DNA of 64,000 nucleotides, taken from NCBI RefSeq assembly GCF_009914755.1, contig NC_060941.1; one strand, given 5' to 3'. The number at the start of each line of letters is the position of its first letter. Position 1 is the stretch's first letter. A program made the translations under genes and the position numbers. Source of the DNA: the human T2T-CHM13v2.0 reference genome, Homo sapiens. This document shows, piece by piece, positions 14,780 to 30,682 of this stretch. The notes under the pieces are model-generated. The model worked only from the letters and a program-made list of their open reading frames with translations, made no database searches and was not told where the DNA came from.

Positions 14780-14886
14780 GTTGAGACTGAGCTAAAGTTA
14801 ATCTGTGGCGACATTCTGAATGTACTGGACAAACACCTTATTCCAGCAGCTAACACTGGCAAGTCCAAGGTTTTCTATTATGAAAT
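14780..14886 (+). pseudogene. YWHAEP3: YWHAE (14-3-3 epsilon) exon-3 genomic fragment
   Basis: ttttcag|[36 protein letters not shown]|gtagg; 107 nt with both splice sites. Copy number in the symbol from recall. Confidence 0.9.
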
Positions 14887-15410
14887 GTAGGTTCTATACT
14901 AAAAATTAACAAGTGTACTTCAATAATTTTAAACATGCTCAGGAATAATTGGCTTTGTTTCTTTTTTTCTTAGCTATTTCCTATTATTTTCCTTATTAAA
15001 TATAACGAAAAATCCCACAGAAATTAACTGAGGAGCCTCTAAATATCAACAAAATTATCACTTGATAGACTAGAATTAAACAAGCAAGTGGTTCCAAGAA
15101 ATGGCACAAGTGTATTAATCATAAAATAAAATTTCTACATGAAACATTCAGCCAGCACTGTGAAATGTGTGGCCGTTTAGGGGAGGGGAATGAGATAGGT
15201 CCCATGAAAGCAAAAGAATATAAATAGGTAAAGCAAAAGCTAATGCATTTTTTATAATAGCCTGACCATCTTTTTATCCCAACATTGACTATCCTTCTAA
15301 CATTAAACAATTATTTTTAAATAAAAGTTGGAAACCTACATAGAAGAAAGTCATGATTCTAAAAAGGCCAACTTTTAATCTTACATTTTCCTTTCTAGTA
15401 TAGAACCTAC

Positions 15411-15517
15411 ATTTCCTAATAGAAAACCTTGGACTTGCCAGTGTCAGCTACTGGAATGAGGTGTTTGTCCAGTGCATCCAGCACCTTGCCACAGATTAAC
15501 TGTAGCTCAGTCTCAAC
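15411..15517 (-). pseudogene. Second, inverted YWHAE exon-3 fragment
   Basis: [33 protein letters not shown]; AG and GT intact, premature TAG. Confidence 0.9.
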
Positions 15518-16089
15518 CTGAAAAAATAAAAATACATTAAAAAAAATCAGATTGTTGAAGTCTAGAAATTCTGTAAATTATTACACATTCTATCTACCTC
15601 TGATTTTGAAGAAGAGAGCTTAGTATTAAAGAGAATTGGTTTCCCTCTCCAAACTCCCTTCTTCCCTTTTGACACAAAAGCAGAGAAAAGCTGCCTCTCG
15701 GTTATAAAAAGTATCTTTTCCTTTCCGCATGCAATTAAGTGCTACACACACACACCACCCCCACCCCAGCACCCCCTCACAGTCCAACTGCAGAATCACC
15801 AATGACTGAAACTGAACGCTGATGCTGCTTGGTAAACACTGGTCAATTACATGAATCTTTCACAAGGTAGCAACTATTGTGTCCATTTACTTGGGAAAGC
15901 AGAAGCTAAGACATTTGCTCAAAGGTCATCACCATAAAAGAACTTCATAAGCAGAGCTAGTATTTGAACCCAGGCAGGGTGCAAGGGACAGAACAAAATT
16001 CAAACCCAGGCAGTTTGCCTTCAGTATTTACATTCCTAACAACGTGCAACAGGCAATCCCTTTAGTGGAAGAGATCCAAAACTAGTTAA

Positions 16090-16578
<489 letters not shown>

Positions 16579-16585
16579 TGATTTC

Positions 16586-16875
<290 letters not shown>

Positions 16876-16924
16876 TGTGATTCCTTTTTAAGTATTATCT
16901 CTTTTCTCTTGCACTTTACTATAA

Positions 16925-17190
16925 GTGGTAAAGAGAAACCACACCATTCGTTCATCACTTTGCTTAGAAATCTCCTCAGCAAAATATACAGTTTCATCAC
17001 TTGAAAGTTCTACCTTTCACAAAATATTAGAACATGATACATCCAAGTTCTTTGCCACTTTAAAACAAGGATCACTTTTCCTCCTGTTTCTAATAAGCTG
17101 CATCTCATTTCCATATGAGATCTCACCAGAATGGCGTTCAGCTTTCAGAATTTTACCAACATTCTATTCATGATGATATAGGCATTTTCA
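16925..17190 (-). mobile_element. MaLR internal (MLT1/MST-int-like) fragment
   Basis: ctttgcttagaaatctcctcagc...ccaagttctttgccactttaaaacaaggatcac motifs. Confidence 0.55.
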
Positions 17191-17495
17191 AAGCCAATGG
17201 AGAAATGCTTTTAAAAAATAGTTCACCTCTTTTCTTTCTGTAGCAGCACCGTAACTTAATTGGAAGGGGATACAATCCAGTCTGTCCGTAACAGTTGGTC
17301 ACTATGGTTCCAAGCTTGAGTATAACTACAAAACATCTTTTTTAATCTCAAGACATTTAATAAAAAGAAATAATGTTAATGTAGTTAGAGCAGATTACTA
17401 GATGAAATGCATGACAGATAAGGAATTGATGTAAGCACTATATTTCACTCAGGTCATTTTAAAACCACCATAATAACTATCAAATCATTGCACTG

Positions 17496-17798
17496 GGCCA
17501 GGCACAGTGGCTCATGCCTGTAATGCTGGCACTTTGGGAGGCTGAGGCGGGTGGATCATCTGAGGTCAGGATTTCGAGACGAGCCTGGATAGCCTGGTGA
17601 AAATCCGTCTCTACTAAACAAAAAATTAGCCGGGTATGGTGGCACAAGTCTATAATCTCAGCTACTCAGGAGGCTCAGGCAGGAGAATTGTTTGAACCCA
17701 GGAAGTGGAGATTGCAATGAGTCAAGATCGTGACACTACACTCCAGCCTGGGCAGCAAGAACGAAACTCTGTCTCAAAAAAAAAAAAAAAAAAAAAAA
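17496..17798 (+). mobile_element. AluS with TSD
   Basis: Alu dimer; flanks aaatcattgca(c/t)tg on both sides. Confidence 0.9.
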
Positions 17799-18665
17799 TC
17801 ATTGCATTGAATTGTATGCTCCAAAATTTTCTTCATTCTCAACAATAAATGGAGATAGGTGATTATAAGAACACAATTCAATATTGCTTGAAAACATTCC
17901 AGTAATTTCACTGGAAAAATGTTTATAACATAGAATATGAGCTTAATGATAAGAAACTTGTTTGCTCTGTTCAATACTGAATACTCAATTCCAATCACTG
18001 GGCCTGGTATGTGAAAAGAGCTTCTTGGTTTAAAAAATTTACTTAAATTGTCAATGAGTGAGGGAAAAATAAGACACATTTTATGTTATACTACCTACAA
18101 TAGCAATAGAAATTGTCGAACAGATTTTACTTTTTAAATGCCGATTTTACTTGTAATCTATACATAATAGGAAAATGGGATTAGGTTTTTATTAACTAGA
18201 AGAAGCTGTTACGAGAACGTCGACAGAAGTCTTCTGAGTATTTTCAAGTGCAATGTTACTCACGTTTAAGAAACAACTTAGATATATGATAAATAAAAAA
18301 TTTGTTGTGCAATAAAATTACAGTGCAAGACGAACCATAATCTGTACAAAGAATTAAAACCTAAATATGTCAACGGATCGTAAGTATCAAGTGACAACAA
18401 ATGAATAGATTAATTTTTACAGGGCTCATGACCTCTGCTTATTACCTTTAAATGACTGCAAAAGAAAAAATAACTCTTTTGGCAGGTTAATATTTGGATT
18501 TTATCTATCATAATCACTTATGCCATGGGTCCCAAAAAATGTTCCGGGCTGCATATATGTTCTGCATATGAATCTTGGAAGAATACTCATTTACTGTCAA
18601 CAGTAGTTGTTTTAAAAAGTAAAATGACATTTTATGCAGAATTCTCTTCTTTTCCCTTAGCATGC

Positions 18666-19110
18666 TGTGTTAGTTTCCTAAGGCTAGGAACAGAACAAAT
18701 GACTACAAACCGTGGGGCTTAAGACGACAGAAATTTATTTTTTCACCATTCACGAGGCCAGAAATTCAAAAAGGAGGTGTGAGTATGATTGATTTCTTTG
18801 AGAGGCTTTCAGGTAAAATCTCCTTCTTAGCTTCTGGTGGTTTCCAGCTGTCCTTGGCATTCCGTGACTGTAGGCAGCGTAACTCCAGACTCTGCCTCCC
18901 TTGTCCCATGGCCGTCTTCCCTGTAGGTCTCTGTATGTTCCCACGACCTTCCTGAAAGGACACAGCCATTGGCTTTACAGCCCACCCTAATGCATTGTGA
19001 CCTTGTCTTAACTAAGTGTTATCTGCAGAGACCCTGTTTCCAAATAGTTTAACATTCCTGGGTTCCAGCTGGACATGACTTTCTGCGGGACACTATTCAA
19101 CATGGGAAAC
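18666..19110 (-). mobile_element. MLT1-type MaLR solo LTR
   Basis: tgtgttagtttcctaaggct...cagaaatttatt...ccctgtttccaaata...ggacactattcaac; supplies AATAAA on minus at 18733-18738. Confidence 0.8.
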
Positions 19111-19513
19111 ATGCGTGTATTTTTTAGAACATAATGAGTTCTGCCTCTGTTATAAAGCCCCCTTTCTTTTCATTAGTGTTGATTATTATAAAATAGCATG
19201 GAGAGTTGACAGAGCTCTAAGTAGTTCTGTACAGCCACAGCACGGGAAACAAATGGGGGAGTGGGAAGAAATAAGATTTGATAAATAGTTCAGGGCAAGA
19301 TGATAGAAGGGCATGTACATCATGCTAAAAAAAAGTGATTGCTGTTTTGTGGCAAGGAAGAACAATAAAAATTTAGAAATATTTATTAGGTGTCTATTCT
19401 GTGTTAATAATGTACAAATACATTCTGGGGATAATGAGCTGAAAAAGGTATATGGCTTCATGTGTATCACAGTGCAACAAGAAACCAATTCCTGAGACAG
19501 AAACAATTGGTAA

Positions 19514-19838
<325 letters not shown>

Positions 19839-20296
19839 AGGAGCATATTTGGGTTTCTCAAGCTTGAAGTTGAAAAAAATTAGGTAGAAAACAGGTCTAG
19901 CCACGCTGAAATGTTCCTAGTGTAAACAAAGTAATAGGAGGAAAATCTCCTGATATCTCAAAGGGAAAGCATGAAGAGATGACAGGAAATAGGATTCAGA
20001 GCTTTGCAACATTGTAAAGTGTTACCAGCGTTAAGAATGTTCTTAGAAGAAAGAAAAACATTGGAAAATAAAAAGAGAAAGGTGGTTGGAGTTATAAAAA
20101 GGAGATGGAGGAAGAAAAGAATATACCAACTGGAAGAGCAAAAGTTGAAAACACACAAACTTATGAGAACATTTTAACTTTAACTGAGTAATGTTCAGTG
20201 ACACAATAGAGCTCTCCCCATCTCTTCTCCCTTTCTCGGTGCTCTTTTTCCCCCACTATCTTCTTCCCCTCGCCCTCTCCCCGCTGTAGTTTGTTC

Positions 20297-20584
20297 TTCT
20301 TTTTTGAGATGGAGTCTCACTCTGTCATCCAGGCTGGAGTGCAATGGTGAGTTCTCAGCTCACTGCAACCTCCGCCTCCGGGGTTCAAGCGATTCTCCTG
20401 CCTCAGGCGCTGGAGTAGCTGGATTACAGGCGCTCGCCATCACGCCCAGCTAATTTTTGTATTTTTAGTAGAGACTGGGTTTCAGCATGTTGGTCAGGCA
20501 GGTCTCGAACTCCTGACCTTGTGATCCGCCCGCATCAGCCTCCCAAAGTGCTGGGATTACAGGCGTGAGCCACCGCGCCCGGCC
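20297..20584 (-). mobile_element. AluS
   Basis: Antisense Alu dimer. Confidence 0.9.
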
Positions 20585-20809
20585 TTGTCCTCATCGTCTT
20601 CTTTTCCACCCTCCTTTCTCCTCACCGTTTTCCTCCACTGTCTTCTCTACCACACTGTCTTCTCCCTGCACTTTCTCCCCACTGTCTTCTTCCCCACCTT
20701 TCTCCCCATCCCACTTTCCAAGGTCTTTCCCACCCTCTCCGTCCCCTCCTCCCCCTCTCCCCGCAGTCTTCCGGGCCCCACTGTCTTTCGCCCGCAGCCA
20801 ACACTGTTC

Positions 20810-21130
20810 AGTTCTGAGGTAGCGGCGGGGGCGGGGGCGGCGGCAGCCGTGATGGCCCTGGCAGCGACTCTCCTGGGTCTCCTGTTGGCTGTTGGGGCGG
20901 AGCTCAGGGGCCCAGCTCATGGGGCTGCCTGGGCGCACAGACACACCAGGCGCAGGGACACAGGCGGGCGCACGCGTGGAGCGCTTCTAGGTGAAAGGCA
21001 GTTGGAGAGCGCGAGAAGGGGGTGGGCAAGAAGACGATCGGGGGCGAAGACGGTGGGGAGTGGAAGAGGGGAGAAGAGGGTGCGGGGAGAGAAAAACGCG
21101 GCAGGAAGTCGCTGCTGCGAGAAGGTGGGG
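20810..21130. promoter_or_regulatory. CpG-rich, promoter/first-exon-like core
   Basis: gcggcgggggcgggggcggcgg (Sp1-type GC boxes), gcgcacgcgtgg; dense CpG inside an AT-rich block. Confidence 0.5.
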
Positions 21131-22415
21131 AGGGGAAGAAGATGGCGGAGAATAAGAGGCTGGGGAAAAAAGACGATGGGAGGGGGAGAGAAGAAAGTGG
21201 GAAGAAGATTGCGACTGACAGACGCTGCTGCGAGACGGTGGGAGGACATGGGAAGAAAACGGTGTGAGGGGAAGAAAACGGGGGAGAAAACGGTTGTGGG
21301 GAAGGCGCGGGGAGAAGACAGTGAGGAGAAGAGGGCGTGGGGAGAGGACGGTGGGGAAGAGGAAGAGAAGATGGTGAGGGGAGAGAAAAGCGCGGCAGGA
21401 AGACGCTGCTGCGAGAAGAAGGTGGGGATATGGAGGCGGCAAGAAAATGGAGAAGAGGCTGGGAAAGACGACGATTGGGAGAGGAGAAGAGGGTGGGAAG
21501 AAGGCGATGGGGAGAGGAGGAGAGGGTGGGAAGAAGGCGATGGGGAGAGGAGAAGAGGGTGGGAAGAAGGCGATGGGGAGAGGAGAAGAGGGTGGGAAGA
21601 AGGCGATGGGGAGAGGAGAAGAGGGTGGGAAGAAGACTAAGGCAGACATGGGAAGAAAAGGGTGCGGGATGAGGAAGAAAACGGTTGGCGGTAATAGGCC
21701 GGGAGAAGACGGTGAGGAGGGGGAGGGGAGAAGAGGGAGCGGCGGGAAGACGCTGCTGGGGGAATAGGCGGGAAGGTGGAGACTGGAAGCCAGCGGGTGG
21801 AGAGAAGGAGATGGAAGGAAAAGCTGCCGCCACAGGAACCCGTGCTGCGAGGAATGGGAGAGACTGAGGGGAAGAAAACGGTGGGGAAGGGGAAAAAAAC
21901 TGCGGGGGAGAAGAAGGTGCGGGAAGAAGACAGTAGGGAGACGGCAGAAGAGGATGCGGGAAGACCGCAGTGGGGAAGAAGGAGGGGAGAAGACGGAGAG
22001 GGGAGAAAAAGGTGGGAAGACGTTGGGAAAGGAGAAGGGTCGGGAAGGAGAGGGGAGGGAAGGAGAGGGGAGGGAAAGGGCAGAAGGTGGGGAAGAAGAC
22101 TGGAAAAGGGGTGAAGGGAAGAAAAGGATGGGGAGGGAGGAGGGAAGAGGGTTGGGGGGAAGAAGAAGGGAGGGGAAAGCGGCGAAGACGACCTTGGGGA
22201 AAGAGATGGAGAGGGGAAAAAGATTGGTGGGAGAGAAGAGGATGAGGCAGGGAACGAGGTGGGGAGGGGAAGAGAAAGGCAGAAAGACGGGCTGAGAAGA
22301 GTGCTGGGAGAAGAAGGGGGAGCGGAGGGAGGGAGAAGGGAAGCGGGGAAAGACGATGGGAGAAGGTGGCGGGGGAGAAGAAGGCAGTGTGGGAGAAGAG
22401 TTGAGGGAAAAAGAA
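21000..22415 (+). repeat. GA-rich low-complexity tract
   Basis: ~1.4 kb, mostly purine on plus; CT-rich counterpart at 20590-20800. Confidence 0.9.
21464..21636 (+). repeat. 33-bp minisatellite GAAGAAGGCGATGGGGAGAGGAGAAGAGGGTGG
   Basis: Near-perfect units at 21497, 21530, 21563, 21596, plus a degenerate unit before and a partial unit after. Confidence 0.95.
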
Positions 22416-23376
22416 ACAATAGTGATGCTAATGTTAAACGTCGTCGTCTTGGAGCAAAAGAAGCAAGTGCTGCTTTAGACTCCCGGCCTAACTTTGTTCA
22501 ATAAATTCCCACTTCCAAATATCTTGTGATTGCAGTGTGGGTCATTTTTAGTACTTAGATCCAGAGCAGTCTCTGATTGTTAGTGACAGTGCTGTCAAAT
22601 TGCATGCTGTTCACCAGCTATAAACGAAAACATCACATTTCCTTGAAGTGCACTTTAACGTGTAATTCAAAGACTTTTCCAAGAAGCTTATTGGGGAAAA
22701 ATAGAGGTGTGTACCTTTGGCATTGGACATGGAGTCTCTGATTTTAGATTGTAGTTGTTTCCCCAAATCTTTAAGATTGTGGCAGAAACATGATTGTGAC
22801 TACGGCATTCATTTTGTAGGGCAGTGCATGTTATTTTAACAAAGGGTAAACTGATATGCCTATAAGAAAATGTAATTCAATTTAATTCACTCATACAAAT
22901 TTAGGTTTCCTTAATATAAAAAAACCCAAAAACAGTTAAATTGCCTTAGTCTTTTAACATAATTTCATGCTTAGAGTCAAGAGAATTTGTAAATGCAATC
23001 CTGTAATGCTGGTGTTGCGTTATGCCTATATAAAATAACATGTTAAACCTAAATGTTCCTTTTTTATTTGGCATTATGGAACTTCATAGAAGTTTATGTG
23101 TATTAATACAGGTGAACTTGACATAAATTATTAATTGGTGAATGATAACTTATTGCTTGTAAAATAAGCAGTTAAATGTAAGGATGTAAATACATTTTAT
23201 ATTACCCTATAGTTTATTTTAAATATTTTCTTCTTTTGTATTCTAGTTTAAAATCCTGGAATACTTACTGATATCTTATTTCCCCATGAAAAGGCTTCCG
23301 CTAACTATACTGTATTTCCAAGCAAATGTCTGTACCAGAACATCAAGTGTAGAAATTAAGCAAAATCTGTCTTTTA

Positions 23377-23535
23377 GGACAGGTGCAGTGGGTCGCACCT
23401 GTAATCCTAGCACTTTGGGAGGCCAAGGCAGGTGGGTGGCTTGAACTCAGGAGTCCCATACCAGCCTGGGCAACATGGTGAAACCCTGCCTGTACAAAAA
23501 TAAACAAATTAGCCGGGCATGGTGGTGCACATCTT
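23377..23535 (+). mobile_element. AluJ left-arm fragment
   Basis: Left monomer and start of right monomer only. Confidence 0.75.
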
Positions 23536-25125
23536 GTATTTTATTCAATCAAATTGAAGGCTTCATTTACCCTTGGAAAAGAAAATGATTTAATGTACTC
23601 ATATAGAAAATAATTAACCTCATGCCCAGAACGGGTTCACTTACAGCACACGTTCATTCATTCTGTCAGACAGTGGGTTAAATGTGTCTGAGCACTGCCT
23701 ATGAGTCAGGAACACAAGTCAGTATCCGCACTGAATATTACCCAAGCTTTTTCCATCTGTTATATAGAGTAGCATAGATAACTTCATGGACATCATCTCT
23801 TTAATTTGTTGTGGAATACTTAACATGACCTCCTCGTATATAATTATCAGTGCTGTTCTTAAATAGATGTTATCATCTGGATATTTACTAGACTTACAAT
23901 GACTTACTGCAGAAATGTCATCCATATCTAATGTGTACTATACTAACTAAGTCTCACATGGTGGTTTTGGTTTTAAATAAGCTCTTGGAAATCAGGCGGT
24001 TTGCGTTTTGTTTTCATCTTATTGTATACTATGAAGTAAAGTCAATAAAGATTCTGGAAACACAGCTGTGAAAAGGTCCATTGTTAGGTCCCTCCACGCA
24101 AGCTTTGGGTATTTGACACACCATCAGGCATAGGCAACATTTGCAACATTAAAACAGGAAGTTGCAATTTGGGTCATCCTCAGTCACTGACAGTCTATGT
24201 GCAAATTTAACAGCATGGCCACCCTATATACACATAGGACAGTGTTTGGATTGGCTTTTTAAAACAAATTATATCCTTTTGCCAAAAAAAAAGATACGCA
24301 TGGTAATAACTGCAAGTTACCATGCTTTCTTAAGAAAGAATATCTGGAAAATATATATGAAAACAAACTACATATGCCTTTTTAAAAACATTCTATGTTA
24401 TTGTGGAAGCAAAGTCACAGAAAAAAATGGTTAGAGAAAATCTGAATCAGCATGAAATAAAATATTTTGAGGGTTATTGAACACTGTTCATTTTCATGAA
24501 AATAGGACAAGTTCATTTAGCACAGCTATTTCTGTAATTGTGATACATTAGCAAAATTAGCTGTGTTCTGCGGTGCTCGAACTTGCTCTGTGTATGAAAT
24601 GGCGTACCGTTAATACAAGGAAATTTGTTGTGAAACACATACTGTAGAATTAAGTTCAAAATCTCTCTGTGCTTAAATCACTTAATTTTGTTAAATAAAA
24701 CTTGGTTTCCAACATTGGTTTTTTTTCTCCAGAAAAGCACAATCTGCTAAATTCTTAACCAAGTGGAAAAGAAAATATTCAAGAAAAATAAAGCAATTGT
24801 GCACGTCACACTATAGTTGAAAGTGTTCTGATACTGAAGCTATGTCCAGTATTTTAAGCTGCTTTTATGCACCGTGATTACTTCTACATTAATCTCAGAA
24901 GATTCTAGATGGAAATTCAAACGGGGCCCAGCCAATTAAATGTGACTCTCTGAGAGAATCCTAGTGATACTGACTTTTCCGTTTTCTGATCATTGATCAG
25001 ATGGTTACAGATGCATGAAAGATACATGATTTTTAAAAACAAGATGTTATTTAAAATACCAGTGTTCAGTGCTTGCATTTGCAAGAACATAAATATTAGA
25101 TGATACTGAGAACATTCCTTAATAA

Positions 25126-25480
<355 letters not shown>

Positions 25481-26540
25481 GAAATTATTAATATTTTACT
25501 TACATTTGTTACCAAATAACTGAATTCTAAAGTAGAATTGCTGAAGTCACTGGAGTTTGATACTTCAGGATTGATGGTTTTGGTTGAATTCTTAAAAAAA
25601 GTCAAACTATAACTATATGGTATAAACAAATATGTTCATTTGTTTAATAGAAATTAAATATATATACATACAACATTCTTAGGTCAAATAGTCAATTGAA
25701 TGGTTAACAAAACTACTTCCCAGTCAATTGCTTTGTCATTGTTAAGATAAATCTTCAAAGAATTTGGATTTTTTAAAAATAAGATTTGACTTGTAACTAA
25801 CATAAGTATGAATTTGATAGTTATATTTTGATTTGTCAGAAATCTGAATGATTATAGAAAATTGTTTCAGTATGTCAAATTAGTTCCATGGCACCCGTGG
25901 TTATGTAACTGTTGGTACCTGTGGGGAGGGGTCCTTTTTTTCTTAATTCTTAAGCCCATAAGCAATCATTGACAATACTCAATTCTGATTCCTTTTCTTG
26001 GGGCCACATAAAGTTTTATCCCTGTCTCTATTTCTAGAAATATCTAGAAAACCTTCCTATCATGAGAGAGTCTTTTGCCAGACAATATAATAGTTTTTCA
26101 GGAGTGCAACTGCTTGGATAGATATTTTCAGTTTGGAGTTGTCAAATCATGTTCTATCATCTCAACTATTCCATATGCCAGCAGTGTTTTGGGATTGTGA
26201 CACAACATTTCATTTTTCATTTTATTCACTTGGAAAAAATCAAATAATAACTATGCTGTTGCCTTAGGAATCAGAGGTATTTGCTGTTTGATACAGAGTA
26301 GGAACATTGCAATTACCTCAAGAAAATGATGACATTCTTCTAGACTGAAAAATGCACGTGTCCTTGACCAAATAACAACTCTCTTTCTTGTACAGATGGC
26401 CCAGACACTCAGAAACTGCCTATTCAGAACATGGCACATCATAGAGATGAATTTTTAATAATTTTATTTGCCCATGTTTTCTGATGGTTCTATTTCACTG
26501 TGAACGCTCAGTACCAACAATTAATAACAGGTAATTTGGA

Positions 26541-26598
26541 GGCTGGTGTTTACAACTGATTGATCACACCGGTTACAGATTTCTTTGTTCCTTCTCCA
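26541..26598 (+). ncRNA. Y3 RNA (RNY3) pseudogene fragment
   Basis: tggtgtttacaactgattgatcacaccggttacagatttctttgttccttctcca matches the central part of hY3; terminal stem absent. Confidence 0.85.
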
Positions 26599-27056
26599 AT
26601 TCAGTCTACGCTGTGACAAAAAATAAGACATTTATAAATATAAACATTTTATTTGCAGTGTAGCATACATTCAAATTAGGTGGTTGTGTAGACATTTTGA
26701 CAAATAGTGCCATTTCTCTTTTAACACATAGGTCCTTAGTAAGCACTGCTTTCTAACACCAGTTTAAGATAGTTCTTAATTCTTTTCATCTAACGTTACA
26801 ATATAAAAGTTTCAAGAATGGCGCAAAGAAAAAATTATTTGTCAAATAAAACAATATTATCAGACATAATCAAGAACATTTTTATAAGATAATTTTGTGA
26901 GGTCAACAACAAAACAACACAAGTGAGAGAAAATTTCAAATACCATTTTTTATGATGAATAAATGTCAGACTTATGCTTCTGATAAAGACAGATTAGGTA
27001 TCCTAGAATAATTTAAATTAGGTTTTGTATGTAAAATAACATTTTAAAACAAATCA

Positions 27057-27375
27057 GGTCCTGGCACAGTGGCTCACGCCTATAATCCCAGCACTTTGGG
27101 AGGCCGAGGTGGGTGGATCACTTGAGGTCAGGAGGTTGAGACCAGCCTGGCTAACGTGGCGAAACCCCGTGTCTACTAAAAATACAAAAATTAGTAGTGG
27201 CGTGCGCCTGTAGTCACGGCTACTCGGGAAGCTGAGGCAGGAGAATCCCTTGATTCTCAGAGGCGGACGTTGCAGTCAGCCGAGATTGTGCCACTGCACT
27301 CCAGCCTGGGTGACAGAGCAAGACTCCATCACAAAAAAATAAAAATAAAATAAATAAATGAATAAAATAAATAAG
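27057..27375 (+). mobile_element. AluS
   Basis: Alu dimer with (TAAAA)n tail. Confidence 0.9.
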
Positions 27376-28086
27376 AGGTAATAATTTATTATTATTTTTT
27401 AACACTAACTGAGTTAATGCACAGCTAAGAATTGTCAGGCTAAGATTTGGAGAGAAACAGCATTTAGAGAAATAAGAGCTGCTTTGCCCTGGAGCCATTT
27501 ATTACTTCAGATGGGATATCTACCAGGTTGTGTTAAACCTCTGCTAGTCTTGCAGAGGCCCCCAGTTTGGTCATGGATATCAAAAGCTGCTGGTACATTA
27601 AAGCAGTGAGAAGGAACCAGAATTCACCCAGTCACCACAGCAGGCTGGCTGCTCTCCAACTGAGTGCCCAAAAAGGTTCCAACTCCAAATTTTTATGAAA
27701 GTAATTCAGAATTTGACTGTCCTTATACTTCTGCATGAGCAAATAGCAATCATTTGAGAAAGAAAACATTAGTTGGGCCTCTAAAGACAGACAAAACCAG
27801 TTGTTCACCCACTATATTTTGTACATTTGCTCAAAGATGTGAGGGTCAATGAAGAAAAAAGACACTGTGAGAAGGAATAAACAGATGCCAAGGAAAAAGA
27901 AAAAAATGTGTCAAAGCAATAGAATTAGTATATTCAAAGGCATGAGGTCAAGTTTGGAAACTTCAACAAGAAAGTGGAAACTATGAAATTGACAGGTTAG
28001 GGTAAATAAAAACACACAAAAATTCTAAGACTAAAAAGTGTGAGGAAGAAAAAGGTGACTCAATAAATGAGTTTAACAGCAAATGA

Positions 28087-28386
<300 letters not shown>

Positions 28387-28579
28387 TTACAGGTCTACTG
28401 CTTCCACCCCTTCCCATCTGTCATCTCAGGTCTCGATTAGTAGCCTGTCCTTCTAGATGCTTTTTACTCCTTCTATTGTTCCTTTTGTCTTTCCATGAAG
28501 CCATCTAGCCGATTTTTCAAAAATATCATTTAAAATGTCACCCTTTGGCTCAAATTCTTTGAATGAGGGCAAAACTCAT

Positions 28580-29330
28580 CTTTTATTTTTTTTTAAAAAT
28601 TTAACTTTTAAGGTCTGGGTACATACGCAGGCTTGTTCCATAGGTACACTTGTGTCATGGGGGTTTGTTGTATAGATTCTTTCATCATCCAGGTATTAAG
28701 CCTAGTACCCACTATTTTTTTTTTCTGCTCTTCTCCCTCCTCCCACCCTCCACCCTTCGAAAGGCCCCAGTGTTTGTCATTCCCCTCTATGTGTCCATGT
28801 GTTCTCATCATTTAGCTCCCACTTATAAGCTTGCTAAGGATAATGGCCTCCAGCTCCATCCATGTCCCTGCAGAGGACACGATCTCATTCTTTTTTATGT
28901 CTGCATAGTACCCCATGGTGTATGGTGTGTATATACCACATTTTCTTTATCCAGCCTATCGTTGATGGGTATTTGGGTTGATTCCATGTCTTTGCTATTG
29001 TGACTAGTGCTGGAATGAACATACACATGCATATGTCTTTATAATAAAATGATTTATATTCCTTTGGGTATACACCCAGTAATGGGATTGCTTCATTGAA
29101 TGGTATTTCAGTCTTGGGTCTTTGAGGAATTGCCACTGTCTTCCACAATGGCTGAATTAATTTACACTCCCACCAACAGTGCCTAAGTGTTCCCTTTTTC
29201 TCCACAACCTTGCCAGCATCTGTTATTTTTTGACTTTTTAGTAATAGCCATTCTGACTAGTGTGAGGTGGTAGCTCGTTGTGGTTTTGATTTGCATTTCT
29301 CTAATGATCAGTGATGTTGAACGTCTTTTC
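28580..29330 (-). mobile_element. L1PA (older) 3' end
   Basis: Antisense L1 3' UTR and ORF2 C-terminus (HCWWECKLIQPLWKTV, AIPLLGVYPK). Confidence 0.9.
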
Positions 29331-29822
29331 AAAAGAAAACTCATTTTTCTTGCACTGTTGAGCTGATTGCCATCAGTTCCAAACCTCCCCCCTTTACCTT
29401 GCTTGCCGGCTTTGCCTTTTCTGTGGCACGGTGTGAAACTTCATCTGCAGCATCTGCTAAAGGGACGCTGGAGAAGGTTGGGGCTCTTTCTAGTTCTGAG
29501 TGCTCCTCTTACCTTGCTCTTGTGGGGGACAGCAGCCAACCCTGGCCATCACCTCTCTGGGGACAGAGCAGGTCACAAGCAGCACTTAGGGGAGCAGTTT
29601 TCCAGTGTTTTGTCAGTGTAGAAACTCAGCAAAATTCTCTGCTGTCTAGCAGGCTACATCCTCACCCTCTCCAAGGAGGTCTAGCACTCACTTCTGGTGT
29701 GTGTGGGAGATTCTTCCAGATTTGTTTCTTCCTGCAGTGCTTGCCTGAAGCTCTGGAGAGCACATTGGCAGCTCCGTGAATTTGCTGTCCCTATTTTGTG
29801 TGTGTGTTTGCTTTGCCTTTCC

Positions 29823-30682
<860 letters not shown>

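Noticed and set aside
14780-15517. Processed YWHAE pseudogene
   Set aside because: Single exon with intronic flanks and splice sites, so it is a genomic duplication
21464-21636. CRISPR-like array
   Set aside because: Contiguous tandem units, no unique spacers, primate DNA, no cas genes
20904-22419. Long minus-strand P/S/L/F-rich ORFs
   Set aside because: Stop-poor low-complexity and VNTR sequence
28885-29205. ORF with HCWWECK motif
   Set aside because: Decayed L1 ORF2 C-terminus, as is 12735-12929
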